In this document: piece after piece, positions 1-10,544 of the stretch | Numbering within the stretch: the first letter of the stretch is position 1 | Layout of the letters: each line of letters starts with the position of its first letter | Source: Chiloscyllium plagiosum | Taxonomy: Eukaryota | Direction of reading: 5' to 3' | Assembly (NCBI RefSeq): GCF_004010195.1 | Contig: NC_057754.1 | Coordinates: 1,526,823-1,590,822 of the forward strand | Length of the DNA stretch: 64,000 nt | Made by a program: the position numbers and the translations under genes | The notes under the pieces: generated by a model | What the model was told of the DNA's origin: nothing | Database searches by the model: none | Seen by the model: the letters and a program-made list of their open reading frames with translations, nothing else

Positions 1-492
1 TCCACGCACAAGTTCCCTACACTATCCCTGATCAGCCCTATTTGATCATTCTCTTATTCCTCACGTATGAATAAAATGCCTTTAGATTCTCCCTAATCCT
101 TCTTGCCAAGCCTTTTTCATGCCCCCTCCGGGCTCTCCTCGGTTTATTTCTGAGCTCCTTTCTAGCAAGCCTGTAATCCTGTAAAGCTAGATCTATGCTT
201 CCTCCACCCCCACGTAAACTGCCTTCTTCCTTTTGACGAGAAGCTCTTCTGTTCTCGTAATCAAGGTTCCTTAATCTTACCCCTTCTTACCTGTCTCAGA
301 GGAACAATTTCATGCATCATTCGCAACAATGGCTCCTTAAACAGTCTCCACATGTCTGCTGTGCCCTTTCTGTGGAACAATTGCTCCCAGTCCGTACTTC
401 CCAACTCCTGTCTGATAGTGCCATAATTTCCTTTTCCCCAATTAAATATCTTCCCTTGATAACTGCTCCTTTCCCTCTCCAAGGCTATGGTA
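1..492 (-). mobile_element. CR1-type LINE ORF2 fragment (endonuclease-RT linker)
   Basis: ORF 261-482 reads FNWGKGNYGTIRQELGSTDWEQLF...MWRLFKE, typical of the CR1 ORF2 linker. It is truncated. Confidence 0.8.
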
Positions 493-515
493 AATTGAAC
501 TCAAGTCTCTAAATC

Positions 516-768
516 ATTAGAGTGGTGCTGGAAAAGCAGCTTCCGAGGAGCACGTAAGTTGACGTTTCAGGCAAAAGCCCTTCCTCAGGATTCATTTCCT
601 GTTCCTTGAATGCTTCTGACCTGCTCTGCTTTTTCAGCACTACTCTAATCAAGGGCTTATGCCTGAAACGTTGATTCTCCTGCCCCTGGATGCTGCTTGA
701 CCTGCTGTGCTCTTGCAGCACCACAATTTTTGACTCTGGTCTCCAGCATCTGCAGTCCTCACTTTCAC
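516..768. mobile_element. Penelope-like (PLE) non-autonomous fragment with inverted arms and hammerhead-like motif
   Basis: Inverted arms at 516-538 and 627-649. Minus-strand CTGAGGA-agggcttttgcct-GAAACGTC at 561-588. The sequence matches the PLE termini at 12055-12155 and 62386-62515. Confidence 0.75.
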
Positions 769-918
769 CAAACCGTTAGCCTAGGCTTCTGGATTATGAG
801 TTGAGTTAAATAAGCACATTGCTGCTGAGCCCTAAAATTAAGTAAAAATGGCTACTTTGAAATTAAATCTACTTTAATTTCTTTTTGCATTCTTGCGCTA
901 CATAGAAAAACACATCAT

Positions 919-924
919 TTTATT
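919..924 (-). promoter_or_regulatory. Candidate poly(A) signal of the RILPL2-like gene
   Basis: AATAAA on the minus strand about 180 nt after the stop codon, followed by a GT/T-rich stretch. A second signal, ATTAAA, lies at 873-878. Confidence 0.55.
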
Positions 925-1100
925 ATTACACATAGCAAAACCTATTTTTCAAATTCTTTAGAAAATTAAACTTTGGAAATTCCTGCATCAATATACTGTT
1001 TTCAGAGTGCCGCCATTCTGTTTAAGAAAATAATCAGTTATGAGTATGAAAATAATCAGTGCTTAGAAAACTTTTTTGAAGATCCTTGTGTCCAACATGC

Positions 1101-1676
1101 TTAATGATTTTTTCGATGTTTAAGAGAAAACAGTTTCTTAACTGTAGTTTGTTCACTTTCACGATTTGCACCAGACACCTTTTCCAGACTTTGTGGTTCT
1201 TTTGTAGGGATTAATCCGCTTTTATAACACTCCAGTTCTTCTTGAGCAACGAGTAACTGCGCTTTAAGTTTATTGCGTTCTTGCAACACATCCGTCAGTT
1301 CCTGAAGTGTGAAACGAGGCCGATTTGGGTCATTGACATCGATCACCAGTTTGTCTGTTCCATTCTTTTGCGGCTTCTCTGAATCGCTTGTTGCATTTTG
1401 GAGTTCACTGTGAAGCCTTTCCGTTTCCTTCCTCAAATTGTCCCGTTCAATTTTCAGTTTCTCGACTGTTAGGTTCTGCCTGTCCACCAGCAACTCGAAT
1501 ATTTCTAGAACTCTGATGACCTTATATTGCAGTTCGGAGACTGTACGGCTGTCTTCTGAGCTACTGAGTTTGAATAAATCGCGGCCAATGACATAAGACA
1601 TATCGTAGACGTCTTCAGCTGTGAGCTTGAACGGGTCTTTCTCAAATGCTGATGTGGGGTTCAGTTCGTCCTCCAT
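1101..1676 (-). CDS. RILPL2: RILP-like protein 2 homologue, intron-less (probable retrogene), 191 aa
   Basis: RH1 motif PFKLTAEDVYDMSYVIGRDL...LQYKVIRVLE, RH2 motif DPNRPRFTLQELTDVLQERNKLKAQLL..QEELECYKSGLIP and C-terminal TTVKKLF match RILPL2. First ATG is at 1676 (the ORF track starts at an upstream GTG). No stops or frameshifts. Confidence 0.88.
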   Translation of the reverse strand: MEDELNPTSAFEKDPFKLTAEDVYDMSYVIGRDLFKLSSSEDSRTVSELQYKVIRVLEIFELLVDRQNLTVEKLKIERDNLRKETERLHSELQNATSDSEKPQKNGTDKLVIDVNDPNRPRFTLQELTDVLQERNKLKAQLLVAQEELECYKSGLIPTKEPQSLEKVSGANRESEQTTVKKLFSLKHRKNH

Positions 1677-1725
1677 TGATTTTTTTTTCCCTGGCTGCGC
1701 CTTCTCACTCACTGCTGGACTTAAA

Positions 1726-1857
1726 CTGAAATTAAAACCAGATGATCACTTAAAATGAAGAACTGCTATTTTACAGATGGCTATGGCTTCAGAAAAGCTT
1801 CACTCTGCATATTCAAACAGCGGACATACAACAATGGGCAGATTTCTGTTTGATTAC
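1726..1857 (-). other. Predicted 132-nt 5'UTR intron of the RILPL2-like gene
   Basis: Minus-strand donor CAG|GTAATC at 1858/1857 and acceptor ttttaatttcAG| at 1726/1725, 49 nt before the ATG. Confidence 0.55.
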
Positions 1858-1884
1858 CTGCTCCAAGCAGTGGAATAACTGTAT

Positions 1885-2006
1885 TCCGCACTTCCTCCTT
1901 GTGTACCAAGTTTCACATGACAGGAAGCTGGACTGTTGTTTGATTGACGTTTTTCTAAACCAATCCAGGCGTCTGTTTTGCAGTGCCGCCCAAGTTGTTT
2001 AGCAAC
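1885..2006 (-). promoter_or_regulatory. Candidate promoter: ETS sites, CRE-like site, CCAAT box, GC box and RFX X-box
   Basis: ACTTCCT at about 1890, CAGGAAG 1921-1927, TGACGT 1945-1950, CCAAT 1960-1964, GCCGCCC 1985-1991 and GTTGTTTAGCAAC 1994-2006 are clustered just upstream of the predicted non-coding exon. Confidence 0.55.
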
Positions 2007-2018
2007 ACTTCGGGAGAA

Positions 2019-2132
2019 ATATGGATCTGGAGGTATCGGTGTTGGACTAAGGTGGACAAAGTTTAAAAATCACATCACAGTAGGTTATAGTCCAGCAGGT
2101 TTATTTGGAAGCATTAGCTTTCGGAGCGCTGC
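2019..2132 (-). mobile_element. PLE terminal-repeat fragment (second family)
   Basis: Closely similar to 63443-63550 and complementary to 34480-34547. It is truncated within the hammerhead motif. Confidence 0.75.
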
Positions 2133-2483
2133 ATTACAACCAAGTGGTCCCGAAAGTGAGTTCCTAATAGATATTTAATTATCTGGCTACCATCAAACGT
2201 AATTTTAAACTTCCTCGGAGTGGCTTCTGGTGGAGATTGGAAGTATCCCGGCTGATTCAATCCACTTCCAGTGTACTCAGGACAAATGTCATTCCCGAAC
2301 TGATATCCCGGCATGGAACAATAATATATGGAAGATGCCTGCTCCATACAAGCTAGTACAAGGCCTGTGTTTATCCATATATTTAATGAGGGGGGAATAG
2401 ATTGGCTTTTCAACTTGATTCTCAAATATTCGTGATTTTACCTTTTCATTTCTCTTTTAAAAACATTCTTCCACATTAAAGCT

Positions 2484-2861
2484 ATGGAGTGACCTTATCG
2501 AGGTTTACAAAATTATGAGGGGCATGGATAGGGTAAATAGACAAAGTCTTTTCCCTGGGGTTGGGGAGTCCAGAACTAAAGGGCATAGATTTAGGGTGAG
2601 AGGGGAAAGATATATAAAAGAGACCTACGGGGCATCTTTTTCACACAGTGGTACGTGTATGGAATGAACTGCCAGAGGATGTGGTGGAGGCTAGTACAAT
2701 TGCAACATTTACAAGGCATTTGGATGGGTATATGAATAGGAGGGGTTTGGAGGGATATGGACTGGTTGCTGGCAGGTGGGACTAGATTGGGTTGGGATAT
2801 CTGGTTGGCATGGACGGGTTGGACCGAAGAGTCTGTTTCTGTGCTGTACATCTCTGACTCT
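2484..2861 (+). mobile_element. CR1-type LINE 3' end
   Basis: DLIEVYKIMRGMDRV...VWNELPE C-terminus plus 3'UTR and a (TGACTC)-like tail. Very similar to 8883-9268. Confidence 0.9.
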
Positions 2862-3189
2862 AATAAGAATTCCCTGATTTTAAATGTTTAACCAGATTAA
2901 CAGCCTCGAGGGAGGGGGGGGGGGGGGCTTGCTGGGTTTCTGGGGGTCTGTATTGTATGCACTTTTTTATGTAATTGGACTGTCTTGTAATGTACAAATG
3001 TCATTGTTACTGTTTTGTAATAATTGAAACTGGGATTTGAGGTTCCTCATTTCCCTGAAAACTGGTTGAATGGTAGAGTTTGGGGCCTGGCTTTGCTGCT
3101 CCTCTCCTTTGTAAAATTGCTGTTTCTCTGTATACAGCTGCTAATGTTACTGTTTTGTAAAATATTATAAACAGGAACAAAAAATAAAC

Positions 3190-4345
3190 AGGGGAGGAAA
3201 AAAGGGTAAGTGTCACTGGCCTTTCTTCCTGGTGGTGGAAATTGAATAAAGATTTGTACACCTTGTGTCTTTCACTGTATTGCACACCTGCACACACACT
3301 CCATGGGTGCTGGGGAAAAATAAGCACTCGCAGTTAGGTGGTAGTGTGCGGGTTAAAAAAAAGAAAAATAACAGGAAAAGGAAAAAAAGGCGTGTCACAG
3401 GTTCTGTTCACTGAGCTGGCCCTGAGAAAGCTGGATCAGTGTCAAGGACTATCCACGGGTAAATAAAAGGGGACTTAGTGATGGGATAGCAGCCTCTGTG
3501 GCGTTATTCTACGTTCTTTCATCTAAATCATTAATGTAAAATGTGAAAAAGAAAAGGTAAGTGAGAGAAGGCATTTGCTTGTCACTGGCCATTTGGGTGT
3601 TTCCTTTCTTCCTGCTGGTCCAAATTGAATAAAGATTTGTATACTTTGTGTCTTTCACTGTGTCTTGATATAAGCACTACCACTGTAGTGTAGGAAATAT
3701 AAAAGGAAAGAAAAAGAATAAGTGAGAGAAGGGCACTGCTTGTCACTAGCTACTAAGGTATTTCCTTTCTTACTGGTGGTGGAAAATGAATAAAGATTTA
3801 TGTACTTGTTGTTTTTCACTGTGTCTCACACCTGCACGCACACTCCATGGGTGCGGAGGTAAAAAATAAGCACTATCATTTAAAAATAAAAGCGTGGTGT
3901 CAGACAAAAAAAGAGGTGAGGGTAGGTTGGAGGATCTCCTTGTGGGTCTGCTCCTGGGCTAGATTGGCAATAAAAGGGTCCAAGCAGTAGGCTGTGGTGG
4001 AGGTCATTTCGGCTAACTGTTTGCCCTGTTTCTGTGGCTGTGTTTGAACCCAGGTGCCCTCTGAGAGGGAGCGTGAGGTGTCCACTAATGCTTTTGATGC
4101 CTTTAGAAATGGAGTGTTTTAGTTTCCCCTCCAACTCTGTTTTGATTTAATCCCCACCGTCGTCCCTTCACCTTTTTAACATAAGCCCTGCCTCTGTTGG
4201 GCTTTGCTTGTTATTGGTGCCCTGGCGGCATGGATGTTTTTCATGGTGGTGGAAATATTGAATAAAACTGTTTGAACAATATTGTCTTCGCTGAGTCCCT
4301 GTGCTTATATACGCATGGGTGCAGTGGGGGAAAATAAGTGCTACT
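3190..4345 (+). repeat. Four imperfect copies of a ~120-170 bp unit (…ggtggtggaaattgaataaagatttg…ccatgggtgc…aaaataagcact)
   Basis: Copies at about 3211-3330, 3581-3680, 3741-3875 and 4240-4345. The family is not identified. Confidence 0.75.
3398..3511 (+). mobile_element. Partial LTR (3' half), same family as 13327-13564
   Basis: Shares gttcact..gagctggc..cagtgtcaag..gtaaataaa.ggg.gactt.gtga...cagcctctgtg..gttatt with the 13.3 kb copy. Confidence 0.65.
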
Positions 4346-4489
4346 GCTGTGTAGCAGTACTAGGGGGGGGTAACCAAATATATAAACGGGATCTTCTCAG
4401 CTCAGGGGACTGACTCAGAGGAAAAAGGGTGAGTATCAGAGATACAGACACTTTGATGCCTTGCTCTGTATGAGGCAGTACTATGGTCA

Positions 4490-4912
4490 AGGACTGGGTC
4501 GAGAGTGACTTGCTGGAAAAGCACAGCAGGTCATGCAGCATCTGAGGAGCAGGGGAGTCAACGTTTCAGGCATAAGCCCTTCATCAGGCATGAGACTTTG
4601 GGCTGGGGGTGGGTGGGTCTGAGAGATAAATGGGAGGGTGTGGATTGGGGGGGGGGAGAAGGTAGCTGAGAATGCAACAGATAGATGAAGGTGAGGGAGA
4701 AGGCGATAAGTCGGAGAGGAAGGTGGCGCAGATAGATGGGATAGGTGATGGACAGGTCATGAGGGCATGCTGCGTTGGAGGCTTGGGACTGGGATAATGG
4801 GGGAGGGAAAAATGAGGAAACTGGTGAAATCCATATTAATCCCTTATGATTGCAGGGTCCCAAGGTGGAATATGAGGTGTTCTTCTTTCAGCTATTGGGT
4901 GGTAAGGGTTTG
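4490..4912 (-). mobile_element. Penelope-like element 3' part with hammerhead motif
   Basis: Encodes the end of the GIY-YIG domain (EEHLIFHLGTLQS..INMDF). CTGATGA-agggcttatgcct-GAAACGTT on the minus strand at 4560-4587. Confidence 0.8.
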
Positions 4913-4914
4913 GT

Positions 4915-5712
4915 TATTAGAGTTTCATTTAGGTAAATGCAAGGTGTTGCACTTTGGTACGACAAACCGGCCGGGATTTAAATGCTTAATGGTAGGGACC
5001 TGGGGAGTGTTGTAGAACAGAGAAACCTAGAGGTTCAGATACAGGAAAGTGGCAACACAGGTAAACAAGGTGGTGAAGAATGCATTTAGTGTACTTGCCT
5101 TCATTGGTCAGAGCATTGAGTATAGGATTTGGGATGTTATATGGCAGCTGTACAGGACATCGGTCAGGCCACTTTTGGAGTACTGTGTACAGTCTGGTTG
5201 CCCTGCTATAGAAAGGATATAATTAAGTTAGAAAGGGTACAGAAAAGATTTACAAGGATGTTGCTGGGACCAGAGGGTTTGACTTATCGGGAGAAGCTGA
5301 ATAGACTGGGGCTTTTTTTCACTGGAGTGTGTGAGATTAAGGGATGGTCATTTAGAAGGCTATAAAATTATGAGAGGCATAGGTAAGGTGAATAGCAAAG
5401 GTTTTTTCCCTAGGGTAGGGGAGGCCGAAACTAGAAGGCATAGGCTAAAGGTGAGAGGGGTTAAAAGGGACTTGAGGGTCAACTTTTTCATGCACAGGGT
5501 TATGCGTATGTGGAATGAACTGCCAGAGGAAGTGATAGATGCAGCTACAGTTATAACACTTAAAAGACGTTTGGACAGGAGCATAAATAGGAAAGATTTG
5601 TACAGATATGGGCCAAACAGAGACAAATGGGACTAGTTTAGCTCGGGAAACCTGGTCGGCATGGACTGATTGGATTGAAGGGTCTATTTCTGTGCTGTAT
5701 GACTCTATGACT
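4915..5712 (+). mobile_element. CR1-type LINE, RT C-terminus and 3' end (frameshifted)
   Basis: KCKVLHFG...; W.PCYRKDIIKLERVQKRFTRML; WNELPEEV; ctatgactctatgac tail. Confidence 0.9.
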
Positions 5713-5960
5713 TAAAGACAGTTCCATACCACTCATCATCCAATGGTCTGGCAGAAAGTGTTCCAAACTTGGAAGGCTGATTGCAGAAACAGCATACAAC
5801 CTTGTTAGATTACAAGCTATCATTGTTTTGTTTGATTATAGGGCCACCCCACATGCAGCTTCAGGGATAGCTAGTGGGTAAAAGACTCCATGCCCAGGCT
5901 AAGTTTGATCCTCCTGGACTTGGGGGAGAGGGTGAAACAATATCAGGAATTCCAATGTAG
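5713..5960 (+). mobile_element. Degraded Gypsy/Ty3 integrase fragment
   Basis: Translates TVPYHSSSNGLAE and LFDYRATPHAASG, which resemble the Gypsy integrase PYHPxSNGLAER and YRxTPH motifs. Confidence 0.7.
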
Positions 5961-6234
5961 GACCCAAGACTTTGCCAAGCAAGAGAGAGTGGTTTGATAA
6001 GAAGACGAAATTTGATTTAAAATCATGGAAATGGCCTCTATATGGACAAGAGGCATGCCTGTATTAGGCCAGGACCAGGGATGTATAAAATTTGAGTAGT
6101 TCACGTCTGCAAGCTGCTGCCACTGAGCAATTTTGCAGTTCCAGTTGCGAAGACCTCTGGCTTGCAGGGTTGAGCATGATTGGAATGTCTCCAGGATGTT
6201 GCATCACCTGCTCAACAATCATCTGCTCACTGAC

Positions 6235-6880
6235 ATCCAGTTTGGGTTCTGCAAAGGCTACTCAGTTCTTAATCTCATTACAGCTTTGGTTCAGGCATGA
6301 ACAAAAGCATTGAATTCTAGAGGTGAGAGTGACAGCCCTTGACATCAAGGTCACACTCTCTAAAGGCAGTCCACTATCTACAAGGCACAAGTCAGGAGAG
6401 TGATAGAATACCCCCCCCAGTTGCTTGGATGGATGCAGCTTCAACAACAGTGAAGAGGAATGACACCACCCAGTATTAAGCAGCCTGCTTGATTGGCACC
6501 TCATGCGCAAACATCCACTCCCTTCACCACTGACATTCAGTAACATCAGTACTACTTACAAAGTGCGCTGGAGAAATTTACCAATGATCCTTAAAAAGCA
6601 ACTTCCAAATCCATGACCACTTCCATCTTGCAGGACAAGGGTAGCAGATACTTGGGAACACCACCAAGTTCCCCTCCAAATCACTTACCATTCTGATTTG
6701 GAAATATAGCTTCACTGTCGCTGGGTCAAATTCTTGGAATTTCTTCTCTGAGGGCATTGTGGGTCTACCTACAGCACATGGACTGCAGCGGTTCAAGAAG
6801 GCAGCTCACCACCACCACCTCAAGGGGCGATTAGGGATGAGACGGCCAGCCAACAAGACTCACATCCACATGTGAATAAT
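6235..6880 (+). mobile_element. Degraded non-LTR retrotransposon (CR1/L2-group), RT C-terminal part and tail
   Basis: RVTALDIK and STIYKAQVR..EY.P.AW motifs. The same family occurs at 62310-62385/63045-63225. Confidence 0.65.
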
Positions 6881-7604
6881 AACAAACAAGGTGCCTTTTA
6901 AATACATTGCTTGGATGTTGGAGCCCAGAGTTGTCCAGAAGTTCTGCTATTTTATTTAGACATGCATATGTAATGAGCTGAGAATAATGTAAGTGCAAGG
7001 GAAAACCTGGGCCATCTCACACTTTGTCTCAAAAAATAACATCTTGCTGTATATTTTAATGTAATAGTCTGTGTTCAAACAGATCAGAAGTCAACATGAG
7101 AAATTGCCTTCCACTGTTTTCCTAGGTAAAGCAAAGGTCAGAATAGATTTACTGGTACAGCAGGGTCTGCAAGTGTCAATGTCTAGCATATTATTTAAAC
7201 TTTAGATTTTCAGCATTCACATTTAGAAAAATATTTGCATCAATTCAGAATGTCTAATCCAGTTAGTATGACTCTTCACTTAGTCTTTGTGAAAACATCT
7301 TTTGGAAGCATATATCTTTGATCATCCCATTTTAAGCATTGAATTTTTAGTTCAAGTTTATAATAGCACAGCAGCATTTTTGAATGTGTGTTTTCTGAAA
7401 GGAAAGATGAATTGTGCCAGCTGAACATCAGCTGGGGATTTATTTGGGAGTATGTATTAAATTGATTGTTAGTATAGATAATTAAAATGCTTCTTTCTTG
7501 GGTCATTGGTGATAAATACAAGATATCTGTAGTCATCATGAAGACAGTGAGTCACTCACAGAATGGGGAACTGGAGAGGTATGTGGGCCAAAACAAGTTT
7601 GTAA

Positions 7605-7810
7605 AACACAAAGTTTGCTGGAAATGCTCAGCAGGTCAGGCAGTATCTGAAGTGAGAAAGAGTTAGGTTTTAGGTCATCATGACAGTGAAATTAAAGATA
7701 ATCTCAATCTGAAATATTCATTCTTTTTCTCTCCAGAGATGCTGTCTGACCTGCTCAGCATTTCCAGTTCTTATTTCAGATTAGTGACATCAACAATATT
7801 TCGCTTTTGT
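7605..7810. mobile_element. Old PLE-derived inverted-repeat element
   Basis: Arms at 7618-7648 and 7737-7767 are near-complementary and resemble the PLE termini elsewhere in the window. Confidence 0.6.
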
Positions 7811-8050
7811 TTGAAAGTAGCTCTGGCAGATTCCATTTACTGAAAGTCATTAATGGACTATTATAATGTGCTTTTCATTTATGACAATCCAAATATAGAT
7901 GTGATCTACATGGACTTCAGTAAGGTGTTCGACAAGGTTCCTCATGGGAGACTGATTAGCAAGGTTAGATCTCATGGAATAAAGGGAGAAATAGCCATTT
8001 GGATACAGAACTAGCTCAAAGGTAGAAGACAGAGGGTGGTGGTGGAGGGT

Positions 8051-8364
8051 TTAGATTAGATTACATTACAGTGTGGAAACAGGCCCTTCAGCCCAACAAG
8101 TCCACACCGACCCGCCGAAGCGCAACTCACCCATACCCCCACATTTACCCCTTACCTAACACTACGGGCAATTTAGTATGGCCGATTCACCTGACCTGCA
8201 CATCTTTGGACTGTGGGAGGAAACCGGAGCACCCGGAGGAAACCCAAGCATCACGGGGAGAACGTGCAAACTCCACACAGTCAGTCGCCTGAGGCGGGAA
8301 TTGAACCCGGGTCTCTGGCGCTGTGAGGCAGCAGTGCTAACCACTGGGCCACCGTGCCACCCAC
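8051..8364 (-). mobile_element. tRNA-derived SINE (HE1-like) inserted into CR1
   Basis: Pol III A box TGGCCCAGTGG (8341-8351) and B box GGTTCAATTCC (8297-8307), with a (TAATC)n tail. It splits the CR1 sequence ggagggt|tgtttttcagac. Confidence 0.88.
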
Positions 8365-8739
8365 ATTGTTTTTCAGACTGGAGACCTGTGACCAGTGGAG
8401 TGCCACAGGGATTGGTACTGGGTCCTCTACTTTTTGTCACTTGCATAAATGATTTGGATGTGAGCATAAGAGGTACAGTTAGTAAGTTTGCAGATGACAC
8501 CAAAATTGGAGGTGTAGTGGACAGTGAAGAGGGTTACCTCAGATTACAACAGGATCTGGACCAGATGGGCCAATGGGCTAAGAAGTGGCAGATGGAGTTT
8601 AATTAAGATAAATGCAAGGTGCTGCATTTTGGGAAAGTAAATCTTAGCAGGACTTATACACTTAATGGTAAGGTCCGAGGGAGTGTTGCTGAACAAAGGG
8701 ACCTTGGAGTGCAGGTTCATAGCTCCTTGAAAGTGGAGT

Positions 8740-8882
8740 NNNNNNNNNNNNNNNNNNNNNNNNNNNNNNNNNNNNNNNNNNNNNNNNNNNNNNNNNNNNN
8801 NNNNNNNNNNNNNNNNNNNNNNNNNNNNNNNNNNNNNNNNNNNNNNNNNNNNNNNNNNNNNNNNNNNNNNNNNNNNNNNNNN
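8740..8882. other. Assembly gap (143 N)
   Basis: Run of N. Confidence 1.
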
Positions 8883-10029
8883 GGTGACCTTATAGAGGTT
8901 TACAAAATTATGAGGGGCATGGATAGGGTAAATAGGCAAAGTCTTTTCCCTGGGATCAGGGAGTCCAGAACTAAAGGGCATAGATTTAGGGTGAGAGGGG
9001 AAAGATTTAAAAGAGACCTAAGGGGCAACTTTTTCATGCAGAGGGTGGTGCGTGTATGGAATGAGCTGCCAGAGGATGTGATGGAGGCTGGTACAATTGC
9101 AACATTTAAGAGGCATTTGGATGGGGATATGAATAGGAAGGGTTTGGAGGGATATGGGCCAGGTGCTAGCAGGTGGAACTAGATTGGGTTGGGATATCTG
9201 GTTGGCATGGACGGGTTGGACCGAAGGGTTTGTTCCATGCTGTTCATCTCTATGACTCTGTGACTCTATATTTAAGTGCATTAAAAGGAATGGTTTAGAG
9301 GGATATGAACCAAGACCAGGGAGGTGGGACTAATTTAGTTTGGGATTAGGGTCAGCATGGACTGGTTGGACTGAAGGGTCTGTTTCTGTGCTGTATGACC
9401 CTATTTTGCTCTTCTTTACAAACAATTCTCCTGGTCTTTTTCTTTCTTTCCTGGCTCTAGCTTACATTTCAGTTAAGCCAATATACCTGATCGGGACTCC
9501 TCTCTTTTCACTACTGACTGCCCTCCTAGCTTGGTCCTCTAGAACTGGTACTGTCTACCCTTCTGAATGGACCAATTCATTGGAACACATCAATAGCAAT
9601 TAATATACTTATCTATTGTGTATTATATGTCTATTTAACAAGGTAACGAGAAATCATATCTGAGAGAATGGAACATTTTATTTGATAGCTTTTGTTGAAC
9701 CATAATGTTCTCAGCAAGTATCATTTATTTGTGAAGTGGCTATTAAAAATCATCTCAACACTTCAAATTGATCAGCACTGTAGTGCACTCATCAGTGCTG
9801 TCAAGGAGCAGAGATGTGCTGAGAATATGCATTGTCAATATGATAACCCATTGTTTACATTGGTTCTAATTCCACTGGTTCAAATTTTCAACTTTTTTTC
9901 CAATCATTTTTTCATTTTTTTTAAACACTGTTTGTTCTGGGAATTGTATAAATTGTGTGATTGTTAATAACTGCCCTTAGATTGAGTTTAGCTTCATTAC
10001 TCTGTCGCCTGGTAACACTTTTGCTTCAG

Positions 10030-10044
10030 ACCATGAAGGAGAAA
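10030..10044 (+). CDS. Candidate 15-nt microexon (phase 1-1) of the MACROD1-type gene
   Basis: cttttgcttcAG|ACCATGAAGGAGAAA|GTAAGT. It is frame-preserving and joins in frame to exon 14479-14595 (xHEGEK-EAFTQP...). Confidence 0.4.
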
Positions 10045-10544
10045 GTAAGTTCAACATGTAAGGCAAATGCTGTTTCAAGTTAGATTAGATCAGAATCAAA
10101 TTTAATGAGCTGGACATTAAATAATTAATATAATTTCTTAAACTATTCATGATTAAACTCAGATGGTCACCAGCATTACCATTCATACAATTTTCATTTT
10201 ACTAATAAGAAAGGAAGGATTTCATAAAAATGCTTGTCAAGAGATTTTAAACTTTATTAAACGAATTAATGAAATGCAGAATTGACACCATCTTTACCAC
10301 TTATGGACACATTGATGTCACTTGGTAATATAATCGAGAGGTTTCCACAGTTTAGGAAATGTTACATAAGTGTGAAAACATTATTCATTTGGTCAAATTG
10401 CTTATCGAAGGCTTAACTGAAGCTATTCTGTTGTGAAGTTTTATTTCACTGTCTCATTATTGGGGGTTTCAAAGTTCAGGAGGTTTTTTTTCTCTTTTAA
10501 TAATAAATTAAATGCTTCTTCAGCAATTAAAACTCTTTTACAAA

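Larger units (their letters stand above)
7895..9268 (+). mobile_element. CR1-type LINE (RT to 3' end), interrupted by a SINE and an assembly gap
   Basis: DVIYMDFSKVFDKVPH, GVPQGLVLGPLLF, KFADDTKIGG and 3' tail. A further tail fragment lies at 9285-9400. Confidence 0.92.

Noticed and set aside
2209..2400. Plus-strand reading TSSEW...HFQCTQDKCHSRTDIPAW faintly resembling MACROD1 TSTDW...HYFCKDF..KIPTW
   Set aside because: Spacing is wrong and there are no suitable splice sites or start codon. Likely chance similarity.
7533..7578. Possible 46-nt exon with a GAG|GTATGT donor
   Set aside because: Weak acceptor and no recognisable MACROD1 similarity.
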